Made by a program: the position numbers and the translations under genes. A DNA stretch of 64,000 nucleotides, taken from contig OZ219815.1 of assembly GCA_964291235.2 (NCBI GenBank), positions 192,001 through 256,000 on the forward strand, written 5' to 3'. This DNA is from Vicinamibacteria bacterium. GTDB lineage: Bacteria; Acidobacteriota; Vicinamibacteria; Marinacidobacterales; Marinacidobacteraceae. The notes beneath the pieces are model-generated. The model was not told where the DNA came from, did not search any database, and saw nothing but the letters and a program-made list of their open reading frames with translations. Numbering within the stretch: position 1 is the first letter of the stretch; each line of letters opens with the position of its first letter. This document shows positions 39,041 to 48,985 of this stretch, piece by piece.

Positions 39041-39133
39041 ACATCCAGAGGGGGGCAACCCCCGCCAACCTGCCCGGTCCGGGCAAGGTGGCGTCCGATT
39101 CGGAGATGTGGCCGTGAGGCAACCAAGCGGACC
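39041..39133 (+). ncRNA. SAM-I/IV-type riboswitch
   Basis: P1 ACATC/GATGT; J1/2 CAGAG; P2 GGGGG-GCAA-CCCCC; P3 GCC-AA-CC...GG-T-GGC (SAM-binding asymmetric loop); P4 TCCG-ATT-CGGA; P5 GCC-GTGA-GGC; pseudoknot of L3 GGTCC with 3' GGACC. Confidence 0.85.
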
Positions 39134-39178
39134 CACGGGGCTTCGGCCCTCCTCGGATGACATCCAAGGAGAGACACC

Positions 39179-39562
39179 ATGCCCCACCATCACGCCGCTG
39201 CAATCCGGGTCCCTGAAATCCGGGTCCCTGACGACCCGAGTCCGCCGGGGGGCCGTCCGGAAGACCCCCTGGCCGACGCGGTTTCGGCCACCTCCCTGAG
39301 CTTCGTGGCCTGCGGCGCCGCGGTCGCCGAACTCGGTGATCTGCTGCGGGACCTCCGGCTGGCGCTTCACGTTGCGGGGCCACCCGATGCGAGCGAAGAC
39401 CGCGATGCAAGGCTGCTCGCGACCCGGCTCGAGACCGTGCGGCGGGCGCTCCACGAGACCACGGCCGCGGTCGGCGCGTTGCTGGAGGAGTGTGTTCCGT
39501 CCGGCGATGCGCCGCCTTCGCCTGCGGCGGGCCGCGCCGGCCGGGCGCGGGCGGTTTCCTAG
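39179..39562 (+). CDS. Orphan hypothetical protein (127 aa) downstream of the SAM riboswitch
   Basis: RBS AAGGAGAG before the ATG; amphipathic helical core; no recognised motif. Confidence 0.55.
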   Translation: MPHHHAAAIRVPEIRVPDDPSPPGGRPEDPLADAVSATSLSFVACGAAVAELGDLLRDLRLALHVAGPPDASEDRDARLLATRLETVRRALHETTAAVGALLEECVPSGDAPPSPAAGRAGRARAVS

Positions 39563-39888
39563 AGGAAGCCGAGTTTGAGCTTGGCGGCTTCGGACATGCG
39601 GTCCGGGTTCCAGGGAGGATCCCAGACCAGGTCCACACGGACGTTCGAGACGCCCTCGAGGCGGCTGATCTTCCCCTCGACCTCGGGAGGGAGGGTGCCG
39701 GCGACCGGACAGGCCGGCGAGGTCAGCGTCATGTCCACCGCCACCTTGCCGGCGTCATCCACGTCGATCTTGTAGATGAGGCCGAGGTCGTAGATGTCCA
39801 CGGGGATCTCGGGGTCGTAGCAGGTCTTCAGCACGTCCACGACCTGGTCGTGGAGGGTCGCGCCGTTCGTAGCTTCTTCGCTGGTCAT
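39559..39888 (-). CDS. sufT: Fe-S assembly protein SufT (DUF59)
   Basis: DPEIPVDIYDLGLIY, MTLTSPACP and VWDPPW. Confidence 0.9.
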   Translation of the reverse strand: MTSEEATNGATLHDQVVDVLKTCYDPEIPVDIYDLGLIYKIDVDDAGKVAVDMTLTSPACPVAGTLPPEVEGKISRLEGVSNVRVDLVWDPPWNPDRMSEAAKLKLGFL

Positions 39889-39890
39889 GA

Positions 39891-40340
39891 TTACTCCGTC
39901 CGGACGGTCTCCTGGCTCTGTTTGATCGCCGCCCGCAGGGTGTGCCAGGCGAGCGTCGCGCACTTGACGCGCGTCGGGTAGTCGCGCACTCCGGCGAACA
40001 CGGTCAGCTTGCCGAGGCTTTCGTCGTCGGGCTCGGTCTCGCCGGAGACCATGCCGCGAAAGTCCTCGACGAGCTGCAGCGCTTCGTCCTCGGGCCGTCC
40101 CCGCATCGCTTCCGTCAGTAGCGAGGCCGAGGCGGTCGAGATCGCGCAGCCGTCCCCCACGAACGAGGCCTGCTGGACAGCGCCGTCCTCCACCCGCAGG
40201 AACAGCCGCAGCCGGTCGCCGCAGAGCGGGTTGAAGCCGTCGGACTGCCGGTTGGCGGCGTCCATCGCGCCGAAGTTCCGGGGCCGCCGGCTGTGATCGA
40301 GGATCACCTCCCGGTAGAGATCGCGAAGCGCGTCGTTCAC
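39891..40340 (-). CDS. sufU: SUF system NifU-like protein SufU
   Basis: LYREVILDH, NPLCGD, GCAISTAS and RVKCATLAW; GTG start at 40340. Confidence 0.92.
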   Translation of the reverse strand: MNDALRDLYREVILDHSRRPRNFGAMDAANRQSDGFNPLCGDRLRLFLRVEDGAVQQASFVGDGCAISTASASLLTEAMRGRPEDEALQLVEDFRGMVSGETEPDDESLGKLTVFAGVRDYPTRVKCATLAWHTLRAAIKQSQETVRTE

Positions 40341-41572
40341 GGGCGGAAAACCTCCAGCGCGGTGTGGAGCCCGGCGGCCAGCCGGTCCACTTCGGCCTCG
40401 GTGTTGTAAAGGCCGAACGAGGCGCGCGCGGTCGCGGGCACGCCGAAGCGCGCCATCAGCGGCTGGGTGCAGTGGTGGCCGGTGCGCACCGCGACGCCCT
40501 CCTGGTCCAGCACCGTGCCGAGATCGTGCGGATGCACCCCGTCCACCACGAAGGAAACCACCGCCGCCTTTTCCGGGGCGGTGCCCACCACCCGGAGGCC
40601 GGGGATCTCCGCGAGCCGGGCCTCCGCGTACTCGCGAACCCGGGACTCGTGCGCCGCTACCTCGGGAATCCCGAGCCTGTCGAGGTAGTCCGCCGCCGCC
40701 GCGAGCCCCACCGGGCCCGCGATGTTGGGCGTTCCCGCCTCGAACTTGGCCGGCGGTTCGGCGTAGGTGGTGCGCTCGAAGCTCACCGTGCGGATCATCT
40801 CGCCGCCGCCCTGGTACGGGGGGATTGCTTCCAGCAGGCGCTTTTTGCCCCACAGCAGCCCGATCCCCGAAGGGCCGTACATCTTGTGGCCGGAGAGACA
40901 GTAGAAATCGCACCCGAGGGCCATCACGTCGAGGGTGAGGTGGGGCGCCGCCTGGGCGCCGTCGAGCACCAGGTAGGCGCCGCGTTCCTTCGCGAGCCGG
41001 GAGATCTCTTCGACCGGGTTCACGGTACCGAGGGCGTTCGAGACGTGGACCACTGAGACGATGCGGGTGCGGTCGTTCAGCAGGGCGGCGAACGCGTCCA
41101 TGTCCACTTCGCCCTGGTCGGTGACCGGAGCGGCCACAACCTTCGCGCCGGTCAGCTCGGCGACCATCTGCCAGGGCACGATGTTGGAGTGGTGCTCCAT
41201 CTCGGTGAGGAGCACCTCGTCGCCCTCGCCGAGGGCGTAACGCCCGAGCGAAGAGGCCACCAGGTTCAGCCCCTCGGTGGTGCCCCGGACGAAGATCACC
41301 TCGTCGGCGGACGGCGCGCCGATGAACTTCGCCATCCGGCGCCGCGAGCGCTCGTAGTACTCGGTCGCCCGTTCCGAGAGGACGTGGACACCGCGGTGGA
41401 TGTTCGCGTAGCCGTGTTCGTAAACGTGGTCCACCGCATCCAGCACCGCACGCGGCTTCTGGGAGCTGGCGGCGTTATCGAGGTACGCGATGGGCTGGCC
41501 GTGCACCTCCTCCGCCAGGATCGGGAAGTCGGCGCGAACCTTTTCGAGGTTGTAGGCGGGAGCGGCAATCAT
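40337..41572 (-). CDS. sufS: Cysteine desulfurase SufS
   Basis: YLDNAASSQKP, EHHSN, SGHKMYGP and RTGHHCTQP. Confidence 0.95.
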   Translation of the reverse strand: MIAAPAYNLEKVRADFPILAEEVHGQPIAYLDNAASSQKPRAVLDAVDHVYEHGYANIHRGVHVLSERATEYYERSRRRMAKFIGAPSADEVIFVRGTTEGLNLVASSLGRYALGEGDEVLLTEMEHHSNIVPWQMVAELTGAKVVAAPVTDQGEVDMDAFAALLNDRTRIVSVVHVSNALGTVNPVEEISRLAKERGAYLVLDGAQAAPHLTLDVMALGCDFYCLSGHKMYGPSGIGLLWGKKRLLEAIPPYQGGGEMIRTVSFERTTYAEPPAKFEAGTPNIAGPVGLAAAADYLDRLGIPEVAAHESRVREYAEARLAEIPGLRVVGTAPEKAAVVSFVVDGVHPHDLGTVLDQEGVAVRTGHHCTQPLMARFGVPATARASFGLYNTEAEVDRLAAGLHTALEVFRP

Positions 41573-42906
41573 GCGGCGAAGCTCCGGCTCTCGCGGACGC
41601 GCTGGAGCCCGGCCGCCGCCAGGGCGCGGACCGCCTCCACCGGCACCTTTTCGACGACCTCGCCGGCGAAACCCCGGACGAGAATCTCGTGCGAATCCAT
41701 GCGGCCCAGCCCGCGGGAGCGCAGGTAGAAGAGGGCGTCCTCGTCCAGCCGGCCGATGGCCGCCCCGTGGGCGCACTTCACGTCGTCGGCGTTGATCTCG
41801 AGCCGGGGACGGGTGTGGACCGCCGCCTTCCGCGAGAGCAGCAGGTTGCGGTTCGCCTGGGTCGCGTCGGTTCCGATCGCCCCGGGCGCCACCACCACCT
41901 TGCCGTCGAACACGGCGCTCGACTCGTCGGCGAGCACGTTCTTGAAGAGCTGACGGCTCGTGGTGTGCCGGGCGGCGTGGATGGCGAGGGTGTGCTGGTC
42001 GGCCTTGGCGGCGTTCACGCCGAGGAAGAGGCCGTCGAGATCCACCTCGGCGCCCTCCGCGGTGAGCACGGCGGTGGTGTCGGTGCGCGACCGGCCGCTG
42101 GTGAGCGACAGCACCGTGGAGTGGACCCGCGCATTTCGCCCGAGCTGGAAGGTGACGCGGCCGGTATGGGCGACGTTTCCGGTTTCCAGCTCCACGCGGA
42201 CGTAGCGGAGGTCGGCGCCCTCACCGAGCCGGCAGAGGGTGCTCGGGTTCGTCCAGCCCGCCGTCTCGGACGCGCCGTCATGGGCTTCGATGACGGTCAG
42301 CCGGCTACCCGGCCCGAGTTCGATGACGGAGCGCGGGTGGAGCATGTGCGGGTGGCCGCTTTCGCGCCGGAGCGAATAGAGGAGGATGGGCCCGGCGTCC
42401 TCGTCGCGGCCGACCCGAACCCGGAATCCGCAGTCGAAGAGGCCCGCGTTCAGGATCTCGAGAGGATGACGGAGCGGCGCGTCGAGGTCCGCCGCGGTTG
42501 TGTTCGGGACGGCCCCGGGAACCACGAAACCCCAATCGCCCTCTTCGTCGTCGGACGGCACGATGGGCAGGTTGCCGAACGCGACGCCGTTCGTGTTCCG
42601 GAAGTCGCCGGCATTCAACGGGACTCCCTCCGACAGCAGGACCCGGTGCTCGAAGCCCGAAGTCCAGGCCGGCAGATCATCGGCCCCGGCCCGTGGCATA
42701 CCGACCAGGTCGGAACGCCGCCGATACGCGGTGCGCTCCAGTCCGCCGAGGTCCGAGAACCGCCAGTCTTCCTGGGTCGCGGTCGGGAAACCACCGGACC
42801 GGAAGAACTCCTGAACGGCTTCCCGCCGCCGGATGGCGTAGCGGTCACCCTCCCGGAGCGGGATCTCGTCGTGGTAGTGCGCCTCGACGGCGGCCGGTTC
42901 GATCAT
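41569..42906 (-). CDS. sufD: Fe-S cluster assembly protein SufD
   Basis: EDWRF, PRLEINADDVKCAHGAAIG and LFYLRSRG. Confidence 0.92.
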   Translation of the reverse strand: MIEPAAVEAHYHDEIPLREGDRYAIRRREAVQEFFRSGGFPTATQEDWRFSDLGGLERTAYRRRSDLVGMPRAGADDLPAWTSGFEHRVLLSEGVPLNAGDFRNTNGVAFGNLPIVPSDDEEGDWGFVVPGAVPNTTAADLDAPLRHPLEILNAGLFDCGFRVRVGRDEDAGPILLYSLRRESGHPHMLHPRSVIELGPGSRLTVIEAHDGASETAGWTNPSTLCRLGEGADLRYVRVELETGNVAHTGRVTFQLGRNARVHSTVLSLTSGRSRTDTTAVLTAEGAEVDLDGLFLGVNAAKADQHTLAIHAARHTTSRQLFKNVLADESSAVFDGKVVVAPGAIGTDATQANRNLLLSRKAAVHTRPRLEINADDVKCAHGAAIGRLDEDALFYLRSRGLGRMDSHEILVRGFAGEVVEKVPVEAVRALAAAGLQRVRESRSFAA

Positions 42907-42910
42907 GCCC

Positions 42911-43672
42911 TCAGGCGGCGGAAGCCGCCGCCGGCTTCGTGTAGCCCTCGGCCTCGAGCCGGAGCGCCAGCTCCCGCCCGCCGGACTCGACGATCCGACC
43001 CTCCTGGAGCACGTGCACCCGGTCCGGCACGATGTGGTTCAGGAGACGCTGGTAGTGGGTGATCACCAGGAAGGACCGCTCCGGCGAACGCATGCGGTTC
43101 ACGCCCTCGGCGACGATCCGGAGGGCGTCGATGTCGAGGCCGGAGTCGGTCTCGTCGAGGACGCCGAGCGTCGGCTCGAGCACGGTCATCTGGAGGATCT
43201 CGTTGCGCTTTTTCTCGCCCCCCGAGAAGCCCTCGTTGACCGGCCGCTTGATGAGATCCACATCGAAATCGAGCAGCTTGACCCGGTCCTTCATCAGACC
43301 CAGGAAATCCACCGCGTCGAGTTCCGGCTGGCCGCGGTGCTTTCTGATCTCGTTCACGGCCGCCTTCAGGAAGTAGGTGTTGTTCACCCCGGGGATCTCG
43401 ACCGGGTACTGGAAGGCGAGGAAGATGCCCTTCCGGGCTCGATCCTCGGGCTCCATCTCGGAGATGTCCTCGCCGCGGTAGCGAAGGACTCCACCAGTGA
43501 TCTGGTACCCCTCGCGGCCGGCGATCACGTGGGCGAGGGTGCTCTTCCCGGAACCGTTCGGACCCATCACCGCGTGGGTCTCGCCCACCGGGATCTCCAG
43601 ATTGAGGCCGCGCAGGATTTGGCGGCCCTCGACCTCGACGCGGAGGTCGCAGATTTCGAGCAGGTTCGTCAT
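42911..43672 (-). CDS. sufC: Fe-S cluster assembly ATPase SufC
   Basis: [22 protein letters not shown] and LDETDSGLD. Confidence 0.97.
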   Translation of the reverse strand: MTNLLEICDLRVEVEGRQILRGLNLEIPVGETHAVMGPNGSGKSTLAHVIAGREGYQITGGVLRYRGEDISEMEPEDRARKGIFLAFQYPVEIPGVNNTYFLKAAVNEIRKHRGQPELDAVDFLGLMKDRVKLLDFDVDLIKRPVNEGFSGGEKKRNEILQMTVLEPTLGVLDETDSGLDIDALRIVAEGVNRMRSPERSFLVITHYQRLLNHIVPDRVHVLQEGRIVESGGRELALRLEAEGYTKPAAASAA

Positions 43673-45135
43673 CCCACGGCTCCTTCGAGGCTCACGCCAA
43701 GCAGTTTCTGAGCTTCCACCGCGAACTCCATGGGGAGTTCCGAGAGCACGTCGCGGGCGAACCCGTTGACGATCAACGACACCGCTTCCTCCGGGTCAAT
43801 GCCGCGCTGGCGGCAGTAAAAGAGCTGGTCCTCGCCGATGCGCGAGGTGGATGCCTCGTGTTCGAGCTGCGCCTCGGGGTTCGCGACGTCAATGTAGGGG
43901 ACGGTGTGCGCTCCCGAGTCGGGCCCGATGAGCAGTGAATCGCACTGCGAGAAGTTCCGCGCGTTCCACGCCCCGGGGAGCACCTTCACCTGCCCGCGGT
44001 AGGTGTTTTGCCCGTGGCCGGCGGAGATGCCCTTGGAGATGATGGTGCTCTTGGTGTTCTTGCCGATGTGGATCATCTTGGTCCCGGTATCGGCCTGCTG
44101 GCGGTTCGCAGTGAGCGCCACCGAGTAGAACTCGCCGATCGAGTCGTCTCCGAGCAGGATGCAGCTCGGGTACTTCCAGGTGATGGCGGAGCCGGTTTCG
44201 ACCTGGGTCCAGGAGATGTGGGAACGTGCGCCCGCGCATTTCCCGCGCTTGGTGACGAAGTTGTAGATGCCGCCCACCCCGTTCTTGTCGCCGGGGTACC
44301 AGTTCTGGACCGTCGAGTACTTGATGCGGGCGTCGTCGAGGGCGACCAGTTCGACAACCGCGGCGTGGAGCTGGTTCTCGTCGCGCATCGGGGCGGTGCA
44401 GCCCTCGAGATAGCTGACGTAGCTCCCTTCCTCGGCGACGATCAGCGTGCGTTCGAACTGGCCGGTCTCGGACGCGTTGATCCGGAAGTAGGTGGAAAGC
44501 TCCATCGGGCAGCGGACGCCCTTCGGCACGTAAACGAAGGAGCCGTCCGAGAAGACCGCCGAGTTGAGGCTCGCGAAGAAGTTGTCGGTATGCGGCACCA
44601 CCGTGCCCAGGTACTTGCGGACCAGTTCGGGGTGTTCCTTCACCGCGTCCGAAAAACTGCAGAAGATGACGCCGAGTTCGCCGAGCTTCTCCTTGAAGGT
44701 GGTCGCCACCGAGACGCTGTCGAACACCGCGTCCACGGCGATCCCCGCGAGGCGCTGCTGCTCGACGAGCGGGATGCCGAGCTTCTCGTAGGTCCGGCGA
44801 AGTTCGGGATCGATGTCGTCGAGACTCTGCGGCCCGTCCTTGACCGCGCTCTTGGGCGCCGCGTAGTAGCTGATCTCGTTGTAGTTGATCTTCGGGTAGC
44901 TGACCTTGGCCCAGTCGGGCTCGGTCATCCCCTGCCAGATCTCGTACGCCTTGAGGCGCCAGTCGAGGAGCCACTGGGGCTCTTCCTTCTTCTCCGAGAT
45001 CAACCGGATCACGTCCTCGGAGAGTCCCGGGGGAACGCGCTCGGTCTCGATGTCGGTGACGAAGCCGTAGGCGTACTCGCGTTCGACGAGCTGTTCGACT
45101 TCGGCGGCGCCGAGGGTTCGTTGCTGTTCAGGCAT
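43669..45135 (-). CDS. sufB: Fe-S cluster assembly protein SufB
   Basis: [33 protein letters not shown] and TWKYPSC. Confidence 0.97.
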   Translation of the reverse strand: MPEQQRTLGAAEVEQLVEREYAYGFVTDIETERVPPGLSEDVIRLISEKKEEPQWLLDWRLKAYEIWQGMTEPDWAKVSYPKINYNEISYYAAPKSAVKDGPQSLDDIDPELRRTYEKLGIPLVEQQRLAGIAVDAVFDSVSVATTFKEKLGELGVIFCSFSDAVKEHPELVRKYLGTVVPHTDNFFASLNSAVFSDGSFVYVPKGVRCPMELSTYFRINASETGQFERTLIVAEEGSYVSYLEGCTAPMRDENQLHAAVVELVALDDARIKYSTVQNWYPGDKNGVGGIYNFVTKRGKCAGARSHISWTQVETGSAITWKYPSCILLGDDSIGEFYSVALTANRQQADTGTKMIHIGKNTKSTIISKGISAGHGQNTYRGQVKVLPGAWNARNFSQCDSLLIGPDSGAHTVPYIDVANPEAQLEHEASTSRIGEDQLFYCRQRGIDPEEAVSLIVNGFARDVLSELPMEFAVEAQKLLGVSLEGAVG

Positions 45136-45139
45136 GAGG

Positions 45140-45595
45140 CTACTGGAGTACCGGGAGTTCGGGACCGCTCGCGCGCGGCCCGGAAAGATCGCTGTCGGCG
45201 ACGATCTGGGCGAGGGTCAAGTCCGTCAGGGTGGCGAGCACCCGCTCGTGGACCCGGGTGAGCGGGGTGCGCACCGAGCAGGTCGAGGTGAGGTTGCAGT
45301 TGCCGTCCTCGAGCATGCACTCAACGAGGGCGAGCGGCCCCTCCACCGACTCGATCACGTCGGTGATGCGGATGTCCTCGGGCGCTCGGGCAAGGCGGTA
45401 GCCGCCCCGGATCCCCTGCCGGGTTTCCACGATCCCGCTCTTCTTGAGCCCCTGGAGCACCTTGGCGGCGAGCTCGGGAGGCAGGTTGTGGCTTTCGGCG
45501 ACCCGCCGGGCGCTCACTGTCTCCCCCGCCGGCAGGAGGGCGAGATCGGCCAGCGCCATCAGGGCGTAGTCGGTGCTCTTGGAGAGTCGGATCAT
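45140..45595 (-). CDS. Rrf2 family transcriptional regulator (IscR/SufR-like)
   Basis: [22 protein letters not shown] and [16 protein letters not shown] (three Cys). Confidence 0.92.
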   Translation of the reverse strand: MIRLSKSTDYALMALADLALLPAGETVSARRVAESHNLPPELAAKVLQGLKKSGIVETRQGIRGGYRLARAPEDIRITDVIESVEGPLALVECMLEDGNCNLTSTCSVRTPLTRVHERVLATLTDLTLAQIVADSDLSGPRASGPELPVLQ

Positions 45596-45705
45596 GAGGA
45601 AGCCTGGGTGCCGGATCCGCGAGCACCTAACCCGAACGTCATCTCGAGGGCCGCACCGTGCGGCGGCCGGGGAAGATCAATCCGTAAGGTCAGAGTGCCA
45701 ATCTA

Positions 45706-45730
45706 AATCCGACTAATTAGGTCGCACATT
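45706..45730. promoter_or_regulatory. IscR type-1-like Rrf2 operator upstream of the suf operon
   Basis: AAATCCGACTAATTAGGTCGCACAT, a dyad with an AT-rich core in otherwise GC-rich DNA. Confidence 0.6.
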
Positions 45731-45807
45731 CTAGCACGAGGCCGCCCCCGCTGGAAGGGGTGAAAAGCGGTGGTGGAGAACCGGCGGGCCGAGGCGAGAA
45801 GGAGGCC

Positions 45808-45833
45808 GGGGACCGCCGACCTCCAGGTCGGCA
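45808..45833. repeat. Single REP-like palindrome
   Basis: GGGACCGCCGACCTCCAGGTCGGCA. Confidence 0.7.
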
Positions 45834-45890
45834 CCGCGGCCCCCCGGGCCGCGAAGGTCGCGCACCTCCAGGCGGGCCGGCGGCGTCCAG

Positions 45891-46796
45891 CTACCGGGTC
45901 CGGCAGCGGCCGCGATCGTCGCAGTGCAGCTCGACCTGAGGGCAACCGGGAATCGCCGCGCGGAGCCGGAGCTCGTCGAACCAGCCGAGCGAGAGGGTCT
46001 GCTCGAATCCGTCGCCGCGCGCCTCGAGATCGAGACCGAACGCGAACATGACGGGGACCAGGTTGTAGGCGTCGCCGAAATCACGGTACGGCAGAGGCTG
46101 GTAGGCCGACACGAGACGCAGTTCCGCACCGCGCCCCGAAGACCTGAAGACCAGGTCCGCCGACCGGAAGTCGCGGCCGAGTTCTCCGAACCAGTTCTCG
46201 CCAACCGCGCCGCCGTCGCCCCGACGAACGGCCCCTGACCGGGTGAGCGAGAGCCCGTTGCAGTCGGCCGGTTCCGCGCCGGGGTCCGCCAGCCGGACCC
46301 GGATCGGTTCCGCTTCCAGCCGGAAGGAGAGCCCGAAGCGTTCGGGGAAACCCGTGGGCGGTGGTTCGAGCCGGATCGTGTACGTCGCCTCGAAATCCGC
46401 GGGTCCCTCCGGCTCGAGCGCGCGGATCGTCAACAGCGCGGGCTCGTGCCAGCCCTGGGCCGCGACGTCCCCTGGCACGGCAAGAACGCTCGCCGGCGCG
46501 TCGGTGACGACGCGGACCGGAATGCCGGTCCAGCCGGTGCGCCGCTCGTAGTCGCTCAGGTCGCCATCGGCCATCACGGGAACGAGGAACTCGGCTCCCG
46601 GATGGAGGATGAGAACCCCGCCCGGCGCGGGCAGCACCCCGCCGAATCCGATCGGAATCGCGTCGGGCCCGGGCGCCGGCGCGGGTGGGGGCACGGGCGC
46701 CGGCGGGGGGAGGGGGGCGGGCGTGACCGGCGCATCGTCCCCGCACCCGGCAAGCGCGAAGAACGCGAGGAGGAGCCCGGCGCGGAATCGGATCAC
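45891..46796 (-). CDS. Hypothetical lipoprotein with Pro-rich linker
   Basis: FFALAGC lipobox followed by GDDAPVTPAPLPPPAPVPPP. Confidence 0.7.
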   Translation of the reverse strand: MIRFRAGLLLAFFALAGCGDDAPVTPAPLPPPAPVPPPAPAPGPDAIPIGFGGVLPAPGGVLILHPGAEFLVPVMADGDLSDYERRTGWTGIPVRVVTDAPASVLAVPGDVAAQGWHEPALLTIRALEPEGPADFEATYTIRLEPPPTGFPERFGLSFRLEAEPIRVRLADPGAEPADCNGLSLTRSGAVRRGDGGAVGENWFGELGRDFRSADLVFRSSGRGAELRLVSAYQPLPYRDFGDAYNLVPVMFAFGLDLEARGDGFEQTLSLGWFDELRLRAAIPGCPQVELHCDDRGRCRTR

Positions 46797-47893
46797 GGGT
46801 CCGACCTCCGGCGGTCCTCGGCGGCGTGCACCGTGATGTCCGGCGCCCGGGTGGTTTTTCCGCGGCGAATGTCGAACCAGCGCTGTTCGTGCTGGAGCTC
46901 CAGCGAACCCGCCATCGCGGCCTCGCCGATGAACGAATGGGCGAGCAGTTGGTGCAGCGGGCGAACCCAGAAATGGCGAAGACCGGGCTCCAGACCCTCG
47001 AGGAGAAACTGGCCCCAGGAGTCGGTGAACGTGCCGGGGCCGAAGCGCGCGCCGCCAGCGGTGTACATCACGCTGCTCACGTACACGAACGGGGCCGGGT
47101 CACCGCTCGCGAACACCACCCGGCCGGTCAGCGTCCCGCGAGATTCGAGGAAACCCGCGGACGGGTAGAGAAGCGACGCCCCGATCTCGTCATCGGGTTC
47201 AAGCACTACCGTGCGGATCGTGCCGTAGGACATGCGCGGATGGGGCTGGAGACTCGTCACCCCGTCCGGGAAGTGGCCCACCGGCCGCTCCATCCCCTCC
47301 GGGCGTGCCAGCCAGGTCGGATTCATCGCGCTGTGGGCGAGCCCCAGGCAGTGCCCGACTTCGTGCATGACGGTGCGGGCGAGATGGTCCGCAACCTGCG
47401 CGAGCGCATCCGGATCTTCGGAGGACCAGTCTTCGAGATAGCCGGGGCTGAAGTGGACATCGCAGCCGGTGATCCGTCCCCGGGTGTACTGGATGTCCGC
47501 CGTCGCGAAGGGCCCACCCGCAACGCGTTCGGCGGAAGAGAAACCGATCGTGTTGATCCCGTCGCCGGCACGACCCTGGTCGTCGGCGAGCGTTCCCTCC
47601 TCCAGCACGAGTTCGAGATCGGAGGTTTCCACCTCCGCCCAGGCGCGCAGGCCGCGTTCCACGCTCTCGCGCCAGAGCGCGGTGTCCACCCCCGGAAGAT
47701 CCGGCAGATTCCCGTTTTCGAGCAGCCGGAAACGGAGCGGCAGATCCGCGGGACCCCACCGGATCGCCCCTGCCACCGAGGCGATTCTGGTCAACCCGCC
47801 GTGGCGGGCAATGAACCGGTAGCCGTCCGCCGGGGTGGTCAGCACTCCCGCCGTGACGGCGGTCAGCAGGGTCCCGGTCCAGCGGAGGCGCAT
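46793..47893 (-). CDS. Secreted metzincin (matrixin/M10-like) metalloprotease with C-terminal carboxypeptidase-regulatory-like domain
   Basis: HEVGHCLGLAH zinc motif, Met-turn RMSY and GTLTGRVV...TDSWGQFLLEGLEPG. Confidence 0.85.
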   Translation of the reverse strand: MRLRWTGTLLTAVTAGVLTTPADGYRFIARHGGLTRIASVAGAIRWGPADLPLRFRLLENGNLPDLPGVDTALWRESVERGLRAWAEVETSDLELVLEEGTLADDQGRAGDGINTIGFSSAERVAGGPFATADIQYTRGRITGCDVHFSPGYLEDWSSEDPDALAQVADHLARTVMHEVGHCLGLAHSAMNPTWLARPEGMERPVGHFPDGVTSLQPHPRMSYGTIRTVVLEPDDEIGASLLYPSAGFLESRGTLTGRVVFASGDPAPFVYVSSVMYTAGGARFGPGTFTDSWGQFLLEGLEPGLRHFWVRPLHQLLAHSFIGEAAMAGSLELQHEQRWFDIRRGKTTRAPDITVHAAEDRRRSDP

Positions 47894-47936
47894 GGTTCCG
47901 CAGTATCGCACTGCCCCCGCTTAGACTCCGGCGCCC

Positions 47937-48608
47937 ATGACGCCGGAGGAAGGACCGTGGAGCGCATCGGCGGACCGCGAACCCAATTGGTCCGAAGCGA
48001 CCGGACAACTGTCCCGGAACGACGCGGTGCTCGGGGCGCTGATTCAGCGGATCGGGCCCTGCACCCTCGGCCCCCGCCCCAACGTGTTCGGGACCCTGGT
48101 GGGCGCCATCGTGGCGCAGCAGATCTCGGCGGCGGCGGCGCGGACGATCCACCAGCGACTCTGGTCGCTCACCCGCGGGGAGCCGCCCACCCCGCGAGAC
48201 ATCCTGCGGCGGCGGGAGAAAACGCTCCGCCGGGTCGGGCTCTCGCGGCAGAAGGTCGCCTACCTGCGCGACCTGGCGACGCGGATCGAGAGCGGCGAGC
48301 TGGATCTGGCGGGGCTGGAATCCATGGAGGACGACGCGGTGCGCGCGGCGCTCACCGCGGTCAAGGGCATCGGCGACTGGACGGCCGACATGCACCTCAT
48401 CTTCACGCAGAACCGGCCGGATGTCTTTGCCCCGGGGGATGCGGCGGTGCTCGCCGCGATGCGGGATCTCTACGGGCTGGCAACCAATGCCGGGGCGGAG
48501 GAATTCGAGCGGATCAGCGACGGCTGGCGGCCGTTCCGCAGCATCGGCGTCTGGTACATGTACGAGCACATCCACGCCCTGCGCGCCGCCCGGGCGAAGG
48601 GGGGTTAG
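47937..48608 (+). CDS. alkA: DNA-3-methyladenine glycosylase II (AlkA family)
   Basis: IVAQQISAAAA, GLSRQK, VKGIGDWTADM (HhH motif) and WRPFRS. Confidence 0.9.
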   Translation: MTPEEGPWSASADREPNWSEATGQLSRNDAVLGALIQRIGPCTLGPRPNVFGTLVGAIVAQQISAAAARTIHQRLWSLTRGEPPTPRDILRRREKTLRRVGLSRQKVAYLRDLATRIESGELDLAGLESMEDDAVRAALTAVKGIGDWTADMHLIFTQNRPDVFAPGDAAVLAAMRDLYGLATNAGAEEFERISDGWRPFRSIGVWYMYEHIHALRAARAKGG

Positions 48609-48985
48609 CCCGGATTTCTCATACTCATGGCCCAAGGTGCCGCGCGGATCACGTCAACCTGTTGATGATGTCGGGAGAAACGCGGCAGGTGCGGACCCCG
48701 ACCGCACGGACAGCGTGTAGGCACGGGAACGCCGACCTCCAGGTCGGCACAGCGGCGCGCAGCGCCGCGGGCGATTCCTCGCTGCTCGCGCTCACGGGGT
48801 CCTCTCCGAGAGAGGGAGCCATCCTGGCCAACCAGGTCCGTCCCGCCGCCCGCCTGCGGCGGGCTGTGCCGGCCTGGAGGCCGGCGTTCCCGTGCCTGTG
48901 CGACATCAAGGCTGGTGGGGTTCTCGCCGAGAGGGGAACCATCCTGCATCGATCTCTACGACGGAGGGATGAGAAATCCGGGCTA
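48606..48985. mobile_element. MITE-like element with perfect 17-bp terminal inverted repeats
   Basis: TAGCCCGGATTTCTCAT (48606-48622) and ATGAGAAATCCGGGCTA (48969-48985); internal inverted REP pair; second copy at 38431. Confidence 0.8.
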
